DNA from: Phoronis australis
Lineage: Eukaryota; Animalia; Phoronida
DNA: 64,000 bases
Direction of reading: 5' to 3'
NCBI GenBank assembly: GCA_002633005.1
Contig: NMRA01000001.1
Span: 4,072,102 to 4,136,101, forward strand
A program made the translations under genes and the position numbers. The notes below the pieces were generated by a model. That model saw nothing but the letters and a program-made list of their open reading frames with translations, did no database searches and was not told where the DNA came from. Below, in pieces: positions 24,946 to 37,800 of this stretch. Within the stretch, counting starts at the first letter, position 1. Every line of letters begins with the position of its first letter.

Positions 24946-26137
24946 AAGTAAAATGACGTCCACGTAACATTCTGACCTCACATTTTATGGAGTAAGTGAC
25001 TGAATATATTTGAGAAACCCATGAATAAATTATGCTTTCTATACTTGAAGCCAATCGGTCTCAAGGCGACCGTGTAAGTGCCAATGTCAATCATATTTTA
25101 CTTGAGGGTTGCGTGAATGGAATATAGTATTGCAAAAAGGATTCGATTGCATGCCATGAGAATTCAATATATTGATTGCTTTTGTTGACGGAATTTGTAG
25201 AACGTGAAGTCTGAAGGTTGCACCCCAATATATGCCACTGCAACTGCAGTAAGCTGGTAAGTAGACCAGCCTAATTGACTTGCAGAGTTTTAAAAAGGCC
25301 AAATGAATATAGCCATAAATACTGGTTCAGTTTTGGGTACAATGTTTTGTGATGGTCAATAGTGTTCAAATTCAAGTAGTTTTGGTACAAGCAGCGACTG
25401 CAGGCGGCGCTAAAGTTCCATGACAACTCACTCATCCGGTCGGGGACCCATGCAGCTAAATGACCACCCAGTATAATGAAATTTTGTCTCTAAACCTGAA
25501 CAATTCATCTTGTCTGAATTACTATACACAGCGATAGTCTTTCTTTAATACACCAAAAAAGATGGCGGCTGACACCAATTTATCACCAAACAAGAACATA
25601 CTTCTCACAGCTGGAGAGGGAAATTAGCTGAACTCAGTCGTGCTTTCAAATTTCTAGAAATTCAGTAATTGTAAACAACTCTACTTTGAAAATTTAAGTA
25701 TCTATAACAGTTTTACGTTCTTGTTTGATATTTTATTGGTGTAAAACATTAAAGACAGGTCATTACCTATGTTGATTTGTGCCAAGATTGAACTACATGA
25801 TACTCTGGTTCCTTTCTGCTGTGTCAAGTGTTACTGTCAGACCAAAATAACAGACTTATTTCCAATAAATGACCAAAAAGAATGAGCTAAACAAAACAAC
25901 ACTGAAAATGCCATACGCCGAGAGACTAGACTGAATATTGTTCTAATAACATCAGTAAGAGTGGTCACCCTGTGAAAAAACACCTCATCATGAAGAAATT
26001 CTCTCGTTTATTTTTTTATGTTAGTAGCTCAGACATATTTTGAAACAACAGTAAGACTGTACATTTTGTGGCAAGTGACAATTGTTAGCAGATTGAGAAA
26101 TCAAGTTTCACCAGCTCAATCATAAAAATGCACTCAC

Positions 26138-26175
26138 CATGCAGATATATCTTTTGTTCCAGTTGTTTGTCAAAT
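26138..26175 (-). CDS. Candidate 38-nt upstream micro-exon of the formin (RFDKQLEQKIYLHD if translated)
   Basis: aacag acceptor and strong gtgagt donor; in frame with the exon starting at 22196; no homology support. Confidence 0.4.
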
Positions 26176-27193
26176 CTGTTTCAAAACATGGAAGCAAAGA
26201 TATGCAATGCCCTGCATGCCCTACGATTATAGTGCAATATCCTCAAGACCTCATTTAAAATCCAGGTTATTGCCATTGAACTTATAGCTTATTCACTCTA
26301 CCCATGTGGAATTACCAGCATACGAAAGTTTAATGAATTCAAACACAGGTGAATGTGAACATCATGCTCTAGACCAATCAGTACAACGAGAGGGGATCTA
26401 ATCTTATCCTCTGACGTTGTTAACATACCAGTAATTTTTTCAAAACCAGCAATGAGCATTTAATGACAAATAACAGCACTGACGGGTGAACTAGTAGACA
26501 TCCTTCATGGAAATACCGAGCCATCATAGCGGCTGCTAGGGTTTTCCGACACATTTAGACAGTACTTTCAATTGCCAGGCAAACTATCATTTATTGGAAA
26601 TGATTGGCTTAACTACCTCAGAAATCCTGCGGTTTCCATTACTTTTCAACCTCACAGCAAAACAGTCTCTGTTCACAAACAGGCCAGATATTATTTAATT
26701 AAAAAAGTTACTTCTATTATAACAAAAACGGATACAACTTACAAGACATTGAATAAATTCCTTTTCTAGTGATAGCAAAAGTGTCAAAGTTCAAGAATGT
26801 CCAGGAAAGACATAGATGAAGACCATACGAGTACATTTGGGAGTATTTTAAAAAGAGATAATTTTCATTAAGCCTGCATTTTAGCAGAGCACTACCTGTT
26901 GTAGGATCACACCATTCAATGGCATTACGTAACGTTATACAGTACTAAGGTCGAGTAAGGTCACATACTAGCCGGGGAGAATCAATTCACATGCTTACTG
27001 TTCACTTACAAGGCCAATGTTTTACATTGATTTTTCAATGCCTTGGAAACCTAAGGAAATTGTGTCCCTTGTACTTTTGTTCATTTCAAAAACATCGAAT
27101 GAAGCAAGAGTAACTTTTTATGAGGCATGAGGGTATGCTATCGCCTGGCCTGCTGAGTGCTGGCGCTGCATACCGGAAGCTTTTCGGCCACAC

Positions 27194-28436
27194 TGCATGA
27201 TTAAACCAACAAAGTCATTTTGCTATAAGTAGTTTACCTTTCATGCATAGAAAAATACCTTAGAAGGCAGCTATTGTCTTCAGCTCGAACAAATACTTCC
27301 GCAATCAACCTCTTCTTTACGAACAATGCTTCATTACCCGCATCGGCTACTGCCCATTTTTCCACAGCTCGCGCCGCAGGGCATGTCAACATGACCTCAA
27401 TTTCTTAATCAGGCCGAAGGTCACAGACGGCGATCCTAGCGGTAACCTTTGAAAACTAAAGTCCCCGCCCACTTCGCGCAACCGAGTACCAGTCTACCAG
27501 TCGTACACTTCGAAGTTTTCGCTAAAAAGACTTTGAATAGTTCGGTAGCAGCCCTTTATTAACGCGCACTTGATGAAAACACGACTGCGTTTTGTGTTGC
27601 ATAGCTTGATATACACTAGCTCTCTCATACTCTCATCAAAATTTCCGATCTTCCGTTGGGCAGTGCTCACTTGGAGAACAGACAGCGGCGTTACATTGGA
27701 CACATGCGCTCTCCAAGGAGTGTAGTACTACACTCCTTGAGCTCTCTCTCCCGACGGTTGGCCACGCAAGGTTCGTCCATTCAAGGCCATTTTTACATGA
27801 ACGTGACTGGCCGANTGCATGATTAAACCAACAAAGTCATTTTGCTATAAGTAGTTTACCTTTCATGCATAGAGAAAAACCTTAGAAGGCAGCTATTCTC
27901 TTCAGCTCGAACAAATACTCCCGCAATCAACCTCTTCTTTACGAACAATGCTTCATTACCCGCATCGGCTACTGCCCATTTTTCCACAGCTCGCGCCGCA
28001 GGGCATGTCAACATGACCTCAATTTCTTAATCAGGCCGAAGGTCACAGACGGCGGTCCTAGCGGTAACCTTTGAAAACTAAAGTCCCCGCCCACTTCGCG
28101 CAACCGAGTACCAGTCTACCAGTCGTACACTTCGAAGTTTTCGCTAAAAAGACTTTGAATAGTTCGGTAGCAGCCCTTTATTAACGCGCACTTGATGAAA
28201 ACACGACTGCGTTTTGTGTTGCATAGCTTGATATACACTAGCTCTCTCATACTCTCATCAAAATTTCCGATCTTATGTTGGGCAGTGCTCATTTGGAGAA
28301 CTGACAGCGGCGTTACATTGGACACATGCGCTCTCCAAGGAGTGTAGTACTACACTCCTTGAGCTCTCTCTCCCGACGGTTGGCCACGCAAGGTTCGTCC
28401 ATTCAAGGCCATTTTTACATGAACGTGACTAGCCGA
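27194..28436. repeat. Near-identical 621-bp tandem duplication (27194-27814, 27816-28436) separated by a single N; probable haplotype/assembly overlap
   Basis: Offset of 622 throughout (twin ORFs 27494 and 28116), only scattered substitutions, N at 27815. Confidence 0.9.
27238..27740 (-). promoter_or_regulatory. Candidate first exon and promoter of the formin
   Basis: GAAAG|gtaaac donor at 27237, locally CpG-richer DNA, GC box (ccccgccc) near 27463 and a 26-bp palindrome at 27714-27739. Confidence 0.35.
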
Positions 28437-28789
28437 AAACAACTAGGAAAGAAACAGTTGACAACCACTATTTGATATTTAGACAAAAGCAACACGGAGC
28501 GTTATGCGTGCACTGACGCCGGTGTCATCTTGATAGCGTAAACTAAAAGGGATGATCACTACACTATGCTGAACTTTTTGTTTCTTTTTTTGTTAATATG
28601 TTAATCCTTTAATTCAGTATGACTTTATTTTGTATTTCCTTTGTGTTATTGCTCATTATTACATTGTTAGTTAAATAATTCATCGCTATGTAGGCCCATA
28701 CTTATAGCCTAGCCTACATATAAGCCTGGAAATAACGATTCGTTTTCTTGGCTAACTCTCTGCAATATCGTATTGTTTTATGGTTGCGT

Positions 28790-29940
28790 TGCAGAAAAAA
28801 ATGAAACATGCTAGTAAACTTAAAATAATCTCTAAGAGGTCCTCATTAGGAACATACTTGCCAACACCGTAAAAAATCAAAACTGTTATCATGGTCATAG
28901 AAATGCACTTGCAAATTTTCACAAATATTCTGCCGGGAGAAAGAGTTGCGGATGCGAAAAAAATTATACTGCCGCTAGGAGGTGCCACAGTAGTCAAAAC
29001 TGTCCAATTATCGTCAGCCATGCTGTTCCCACAATAGAACAAATGTACCAATTTTCGTAACGATTCTGGTTTATCGATAGACAGATGGACACCAAAAACA
29101 GAAACAAAAAAAAACAAAAAACGGCCACCAGGAGGCGCACACTACGTGAAATCAATCTGAAAACGAAAAGATGTTATCATCTCAGTATTAAAGTCTATTT
29201 GCTGATTATAAAAAAAACTATCAAGGAACTTCAAAGATGCAGAGGAAAACGAAAAAATAAAATTAGCACTAGGCTAGGGAGCACAGTTGTAGTTGGATAC
29301 GTTAGAAAGTCGTCGTCACCAATTACTCATCTCACATTCAATTGTCAAATATAACAAAGATCCTACAGAGAGTTCAGTTTCGGAGACACAAACAACTGCC
29401 TTTAAGAAAAACCACTGTAGTCAGGGCCCTCCGAAAATAATCGTCGGCCGTTGTCCTTTTCACCGTAGGAACATATACGTGTAATTTTCATAATCATCCT
29501 TTCAGTGGTTTGTCATACAAAGAGAGGATTTTGGCAAAAAAACAGACTCGAAAACAATGAAAATTACCTCTTGGTGGCGCAAAATACGTCGCATCACTTG
29601 AAAAACTAGAAGGTGGCGTCATGTTCTCAACAGATACCAAATTTAGTAATGAGCCGAAATTCGTGAAAATCAGTTTAGGAAGTCTGAAAAAATTGCCACT
29701 AGCTGGGGGCGCACCCAAAAATTTGCACAAGCTGCGTCCAATCCATGAAAAGAGCCTGTCTGCAAAATTCCATGAACATGCATGAAAGGGTTTTGGCGAT
29801 AAAGCAGCTGACGCCATTCAGAAGTCGGACGGACGGACGGACGAACGGACGGACAGACGGACGGACGACATCGGCGCACACTTCGAAAATCTCCCTTTGG
29901 TCTTTTAGTTTTATTTGATAACTTGATAGGAGACGCCAAA
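28790..29940. mobile_element. Helentron-associated / pearl-like interspersed repeat with (GGAC)n microsatellite
   Basis: (CGGA)n tract at 29826-29867, repeated gccactag(g)gggc-type cores, weak terminal hairpin tctcc...ggaga at about 29890-29932. Related cores occur at about 1800-2090, 4500-5380 and 32870-33190. Confidence 0.6.
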
Positions 29941-31226
29941 TATCTAAATTTTCATGTAATGCTCTCTCTACAACTACGTTACTCGGCTTGAATGTCCGGT
30001 TGAGACGTTTTGGTGTTTTGAAACGACTATATAGTTACGATATAACTCGCACAACGGCCCTCACCATCTGTGTTGGTCTCTAATAAATATATAATAAATT
30101 GTATCTTAATGTGTAAGAATGTGCCATCGTTGTTCTCGTAGGCCGGCAAGCGCCTGATCGGCTCAGTATCAACATAAGACTAAGTGAAGGTTCAGTGCTT
30201 TTGTAAGAGATGCGGCTAACAACTCCTGAAAGATAACGGTTTCGAATAGAAGCTGCCACTGAACAGACACAATTAGAATAAACGTTGAAGTACATACACC
30301 TGGAAAACTTGCCAGGCAGACCTAATAATTAGTTACAATCCACTGTTGTAATGAATCGTCCGAATGTGAACTCATTAGGCCTAGCTTTAATGTTTTCGAC
30401 AATTGCCACTTGCGCAAAGACAAAGCAAGACCGCGTATGCGTAAACCATGGAGCAGTATCCGAGAAAACTTCACTCAGTGTTTCACTCAAGGTGGCACTC
30501 ACTGAATATTTTTTTCGAGCCACACGGTCGTGTTCTTGTAGAAAAGAAGTAAACTGCTTTCCGGCCCTACTAAATGAGAAAAAATGCTACCCAAATAATC
30601 ATTGTTGGTAAAAAATTGCACTGCACTAAAGCATCACAAAATAAGGGAGTGACAGCGCGGGCACGAAAAATTTTGTTTAACCATGCGTGGAATCGGCTAG
30701 GGACACGAATTTTTTGTTTCCCTAGTTAGCTCCACTGGACCGATAGTCTAGACAACGGCGTATTTCATGTCCCTACTAAGTCTTTGAACTGGTTACTAGG
30801 AGACGAAAATTTTTCGCCGTTGTATTAGTTGGTCCGATTCTGGTGACGTATCGTGACGTAACCGATATTACGCCTTTTATCTCGAAAATGTTCATTCGCC
30901 AGAGGCGGAAGGGGTTGGCTTTTGCAAACGTCAAGTTGCCCGGCACTGCAGCAGATTGCGACCGGCCCACTGAGTCGGCTGCCGGTGTCGGTGTGCCCTT
31001 GCCATGCGCGCACTCAGCCTCTAGTTTGGGGGGACTCGAATTTCTGACCAAGTGGACCTTTTGCTAACAAAAAAGTTGAAAGACTAAAAAAAAAAAGAAA
31101 AACGGGATACCATCTGGCACTAGAACTGTGCGTCTACGCCTTTTTAGTGGACTTGGCGTTTCCAAGGACTTTTTGTTTCTCTGAGGCGGATTTTTTTGCC
31201 CGCCACTTAGCCAAATATGGGGGGGG

Positions 31227-31503
31227 NNNNNNNNNNNNNNNNNNNNNNNNNNNNNNNNNNNNNNNNNNNNNNNNNNNNNNNNNNNNNNNNNNNNNNNNNN
31301 NNNNNNNNNNNNNNNNNNNNNNNNNNNNNNNNNNNNNNNNNNNNNNNNNNNNNNNNNNNNNNNNNNNNNNNNNNNNNNNNNNNNNNNNNNNNNNNNNNNN
31401 NNNNNNNNNNNNNNNNNNNNNNNNNNNNNNNNNNNNNNNNNNNNNNNNNNNNNNNNNNNNNNNNNNNNNNNNNNNNNNNNNNNNNNNNNNNNNNNNNNNN
31501 NNN
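31227..31503. other. Assembly gap (277 N)
   Basis: Run of N just upstream of TMX1 exon 1. Confidence 1.
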
Positions 31504-31738
31504 TCGATACTCACTGCCCAAGAATGTGTCGTGGGAACTGTCTTTTTCACAGACCCTCTATATTTGCTTCACGCAATATCAATGGCATGAGAGAATGTGA
31601 ACCCTGAGAACCACGTTACTAACGTAATCGTTCAACTCAAGACTTTTTAAAGTTTTGAGTTGAGAGTGCGCTCCGGTCACACTGCTATTGCCGTCGCGCA
31701 CAGTTTCACTTGAGCGCACTGGAGGTGGAGGTTTCACT

Positions 31739-31893
31739 ATGTTTTCAATGAGAATGACACGTGTTAATATCTTAACAATTTTTGCATGGTTTCTTTTAAT
31801 CGCTCCATCAAATTCCAAAGAAAAGGTGCTGCCGATTGTGCTCACGGAATCGACGTGGTCGGAAATGACAACAGGAGAGTGGATGGTGGAATT
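31739..31893 (+). CDS. TMX1: TMX1 exon 1 (signal peptide to GEWMVE)
   Basis: ATG, hydrophobic signal peptide, gtaagt donor. Confidence 0.92.
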
Positions 31894-34800
31894 GTAAGTA
31901 ACTGGTCACTGAGTCAAGCCCGCAGCCGCAGGGCACTGCCACTGACACTGGTCAGATATAGCGGTCCCTGAACCAGTTTCATCTACTAAGTAACAGACTC
32001 GTTATTCAGTGATTGCCTGCTTATCTAAATCAACTACCGCTATACCCAACCAGTGTCTACCGTCAGTATTGTTGTAGTGCTGAAAAATCTTGCTGACCCC
32101 GAGACTTGAACCAGGGTCGCATGAGAGCTGAGCGATTTAGAGAGACTTTATATGGCAGCACGTCACTCTCGCAAGTCATGTGTGACAACACTCCTCTCCC
32201 ATGTATGGATCAAACCTGTCCCCTGGCTTAGGTCGGCCACGTCTCTGGCCTGGGTTGGGTTTTCTGACTGCCGGCAGCATGGAATGCTGTCATCCTGTCT
32301 GGTCGACAAAGGTTCTTTCGTTGATTGGCGCCATGGCATTGTTGAACCGGGATTTCTCCGTGTGAGAACCAAGCATCCAAATGGTTCAGCGAAGAGGGAA
32401 TTGCAGCTTTAAAGATGCATTTGCATGGTCCTAACGATGCTATTGTATAGCAGGTACTAAACAACAATGCCATTTTAACATAATCTACTCTAAAAAGTGC
32501 AGTTGTATTAATTGACAACTTGTAAATCAATGTAAATGTGAAAACAAAAATTCTGCAAATAGGTGTCCTTTGCACTAATGACATACAAATATACCATATT
32601 GCACGAAAATACATCAAGAAACTGGGTAAATATAGAGGCATACATAAAGGAAACCTAAATTGCCATTAAGCAGTGCTGTAGTGGCACGTAGGCACAGGTA
32701 GGTGCAACCAACCACCTTTTTGCATTTGAACGTAGTGCCTACGCACCATAAGTTACGTTCAGTGCTTAAGGTGATACGGTGGGCTTTGGGCGCCTACTTA
32801 CCTTTAATTTTACCCCTGCAGCACTGCCATTAAAGGGCACCATAGGAGATCTTCCAATCAACAATCAGTGTCAGTTGTGCTCATCTCAATGGCAACATTT
32901 CTGTACAGATTACATAGGTACGCCAGGAAGTAGGAAAATGTGGCTGTCTCCATAACTGAAACTTATTTGTGAAATTTGATGAAAATCAGTCAAAAAACTT
33001 GCTAGATAAAGAGACTAACATGAATAAGTAAAGTTGCCACTAGGGGCCCAGTGGTAGTCAAATGCATCCCGAAACTTTCTTGTGTCATCTCATTTGTAAA
33101 ATTTCACATTCACTAAGGATTTGGAGATGAAGCAGCAGATGCCAGACAAAAAGACCGGGATGACAGCATATTGGGTCTTCACACGCATGCTTGCAAACAG
33201 TCATACAGAACAGGGCAAAAGTAATCAGACAATATAAATCTTTGCCCCACTTGATGGCTAGTCCTGTTAATGCAAAAATGACTGGTAATAGCTATTACCA
33301 CAGCTAATTACAGAATGTCTTAGCCACCATACTAACTTTCCTGTTTCCCTTCATTTTCAGTCACAAAGGAAGACCACTTTGACCATGAATTCTTCTTTTG
33401 CCCCAGCTGTCATGGCAAGGAATTCCGGGTCGTTTTTTAGGATACGTTTGGCTTGTACTGTATATTACTGTATACAAATAACCCGGAAATGACAGTTAAA
33501 GGAACACTCTTGGCGTGAGAAAAAATTTCACAGAAAATATCATGGAATCAAACTAACTAGTAGCATTACTTCATAGCAATAGACACACCATAAGATGCAC
33601 AACAAGAATACAGTAACACTGATGATTATGATCTACATGGATACTGCTCAAGATATTCAAACAGCTGTTCTATGATTGTGTCCTGCAGTTCTCGTTTGTT
33701 GAGAACACCTCAGTGGATCGCTTTTTGACCAGTTTTCATGCCTTCGTTGAACGCATCACTCAAAAACATCTTTACGCTTTCAGTCATTATTTCAGACCTT
33801 TATGCTGATTTCAGAGCCCATCCCATTGTGCTGTATGACTCTCCTGCAGTTTGGAAACTAGCTGCCTGCATTTTTACACCTGCAAATGTAAAACTCAATA
33901 ATATAGTATATGTTATCTAGTCCATTGGCAGGCTACCAGAGCAACAATTGTCAAACACTCGTAAACACCACTCACATACCTAATTGTAAGCTAATCCCTG
34001 TTCACACAAATCAAACACAGTTTTTGCAACCAATATTCAGGTCAAAAACTGACGTGACTAAGAATCATGTGCATGACTCGTGGAAGAGTGTGTGAGTAGT
34101 GTTTAAAGATAACAAAGCTGGATGCAGTTCACCAGGAGCCATGCTTTTTGGATGGGTAGCCATGTTTTGTGAATTCACAAAATGAGCTTACAAAATTCAA
34201 ATGTTGTGGTTATAAGTGAGAGAATTGTGCTGTTTGAGTGGTCTGATTGATACAATAATCCATGTCAAAAAAATCCAGCCTAAATTTGTGGGAACGTCCA
34301 ACTCAAGCTATAGCTGCATAGGCTGTTGAGTAGCATGCTCCACAACAGCTTCACTTTTTGTTGCGTTGTAATATAGAACATCACATTGCGTATTTCCATG
34401 TTGACTATTAATTAAGTCAACTAGGAACAGTCAGTGACTAAAATGCACAGCAAAGGTTATACGTAAAACTTATGGATTTGTGATGCCAAATTGAGTTCAA
34501 CGAGCATGCTGTTAGATCACGAACTTCACTTTCTATACCAGTGACTTTGGCAGCCCACTTTCTCCCCACATCAGCGATGATCTTCAAGTGCTGTTGGCTG
34601 TTTATCATGCCAGCCCATGCTTAGCTGCTGCTTGAGTTTGTTTTGAGAGGCAAAAGTGTTGTTACAGCCATCTTTTGTACACAGGAATATCTTCGTCTTC
34701 CGATTGCTGAAACTAGTGAAAGGTCTCAATGAGGATGCAACATGACATTCCTGAATCACTAGTTCAACTGGTTTGCAATCAGAAGCAGGATTCTCCAAAA

Positions 34801-37800
34801 CCACCCCATCTCCTATCCCATATGCTTTCCAAGCAACCACTTTTCTTGTTGAAATAGGTAACTTAGTTGTAAGCATTGGAACACAAGTCCTTTTTAAAAA
34901 TCAAGGTATGAAAAATATTCCATTCCACCAAATATTTAACTTGTGTTTCCAGACCGCGTACACACCTGAAACTAGTTCTCAGATGGTATGACTAAATCAC
35001 GGTGAGATTTCTTAGAAAAATTAGTCTATGTAATTGTATACAGCCCATACTGTGAATTGTTACGTAGCTCACCTTCAAATGAGAAGTTATTAAGTTGATG
35101 TACGGTAGTCCTAGGATTGAGTGGTGAACACCCTTTGCATTCCCAAGGCTGCAAACGTACACCTTGGCTTACAACCTGGATCATAACTGCCACATACAGT
35201 GCTTTGGAGAGATGATCTTTTGTTCTAACAGGCTGGCCAGTTGCTTTGTCTCTCACACTCCCATTCGTGCCAGATTGCCAATCAACTCCCATTCTTCCAA
35301 GTGATCTAAAGCGTTGACACTTTTCGGGTATGTGACAATATACTTGTTGTAAGTAAAACAGCGGCTCTCTGGCTTTGCCATTTTCCTTCAGAGCGTGACC
35401 TATTTTCGTGAACCTCATTCCGTTTCTTAGCTAAATGTCAATAATGCAATATTTCGCTAAAAGAATGCTCGAAGCAATTCTGGCTATCTTGAATAAAATT
35501 TAGTATGATTTTTTTATTACGATTTACTTCCAATTTTGATCATATTTTTCATATTTTCTGCTTTGCGGCCCTCTATTGGTGGCAGTATTAAACAGGTGAA
35601 AGTGCTTTCGCTGAAGTGTAAATTCGAGAATTAAAAAAGGTGCTGTCCACGGAAATAACAATATCTTGTCAAAGACGAGAGCTGTAGCTATCACAGAACC
35701 CATGTGTGGGTAGTGTGTGTTTTTGCGCGCTTGAATTACATGGGCCTCTATATAGGTCTAAATTGGTAGCTGTTTTTGGCCCATGGAGGCAAGGCATTCA
35801 AAAGTTCCTTAAAAATATGAAAATACGTTATTCTGAAATATTTTTGGCATTCGCAATTACAAAAAGGATAGTTTTGTATAACTCAATCACATTTTTATTT
35901 TTTAAACGCCAGCAAAGTGGTTTAATTCCCATGGAAACACAGGGCATTTTCAACAGTCGCACAAAAGGGGTTAGGCCATTTTTCACCCGATTTAGTTATT
36001 CGTTATATATTTGCAAAGTGACGAAAGACAAAACTAATTTTTATATTTTGTAACTAATTCACCCCAAGTGATATATATATATGTATATGTATATGTATAT
36101 ATATACATGTCATGTTCTCATAATATTGCAATTTGCCTGACGTTCTCATGCAGTGACTCTTAAACATTAAAATGTCAAATATGTGTATAAAGACTATTAA
36201 ATGTCATATCAACAGCATTTATTTTTATCAAATACAAACAATAATTCATTGAAATACAATCAGTTTCAATTTGTAACAATAAAACCATGGTGTTTTAGTA
36301 AAAGTTGCAGTTGTGACCGACTTAGTGACCTTGAACTTGGTAGAATGAAACTAGATAAGAGGTCACAAGCTCCAGTAAAATTCAGTAAAATTATTGTTTC
36401 ATTTAATCATTGGTGTTGCTCGCCTATCATTGAAAATGTCTAAATGATGCAGCTATACTTTGGCATGTGTCGCCCTTCACATATAGCCACAGTGAGTGGT
36501 AAAATATGAATGATCATGACTCCAGTGAGTTTTGACTATTATTGATGGCTTAGCAATGCTGTTTTTGTTTTGGAAATTTATTCAGATGTACTTGTGAATG
36601 TCAGTGAACTGCAAGAGTGATTCTATTCACTAGGTCACATCCCCTAGTGAGGGTAATTACTGTTTCTTATCAGATGATATCTATACAAGGCTTGAAAGGA
36701 CCTGGCTGCACGTTTCCATTTTCTTTTGGGTACATGAAAGACGATGGAAACCATAAAATCTGAATAGAGGAATAAAAGTTGGACTATGTGGGTTTTTGAA
36801 TTTTCAAAATTTGTCAGGTAATAGTGATTTCATCAACAAAAACCTAAGCCTTGAGCTATAGTCATTGGAAAGTAGTTTCTAGCATGGCCTACAATCTAAT
36901 TATACACCGCATGGCTAACTTACAATTGAAGCTGGACCTGAACAAATGTTTATAAAACCAGTTGTGGTGAACCAATGGCATGGATGAGAGGGTGTGACAC
37001 TATCTGCCAACCTGTGAGCATGATAACAATAGCTCAAGAAAGCATCTGTGAAAGCTTTTACAATGTACAAAATTCATTTTAATATGAAGCTGTCTATCTT
37101 CTTCTTACAACAGTTTTATCAGTATCTGACATTTGTAAAGCTTGGTCGAAGCTGAGCTGCAGATTCGAATGTTGACTTAACAATATAAGGCTGCATTTTT
37201 GCTTGAGCTGCTTAAAAAAATTTTAGAAAAAATTGCAATTATCTGTGACTATGTGTAAGCCAAGTTTATTTTTCCCTCAAGAAATACCCTAATTGTTGAT
37301 TCTTCCTTCCTCAGTTATGCTCCTTGGTGTCCAGCTTGTCGTCAACTGACTGAAGTATGGGAACAGTTCAGTAGCTGGAGTAAAGATCTGGACATCAAAG
37401 TGGCTAAAGTGGACGTGACGGAAAATCCTGGACTGAGTGGACGCTTTCTCATCTTTGCACTGCCTACCATTTATCAGTGAGTTATACTACATAACTGTGT
37501 AATTGACAGTCATCAACATGGCAGAAAATGCTGGGAGTGGGATGTTTATGTGTAATTAATTACAGCAAAACAGCTATGAGAGACCAGATTTTTTATTCTC
37601 GAGTTTATTAAAGCAATGGGCAAAAGTGAGCTCAAACTTCAAATATTTACGATATAGCTTTGGTATAGTGATAACAAGGGGTTGACCTAAAAATTCTGTT
37701 TTGAAATGGTTTCTTACCCTTCCAAAATAAGATAACACAAATATTTCAATACAAAAAAAACAAAATGTCAGTGGCCATCACAACCCCCATAACGCTTCAT

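Noticed and set aside
27494-28325. Twin 69-aa ORFs as duplicated small genes
   Set aside because: They have a non-ATG start and no recognisable motif, and arise only from the 621-bp duplication.
31134-31600. ORFs of 104-147 aa spanning the N run
   Set aside because: Artefacts of translating the assembly gap.
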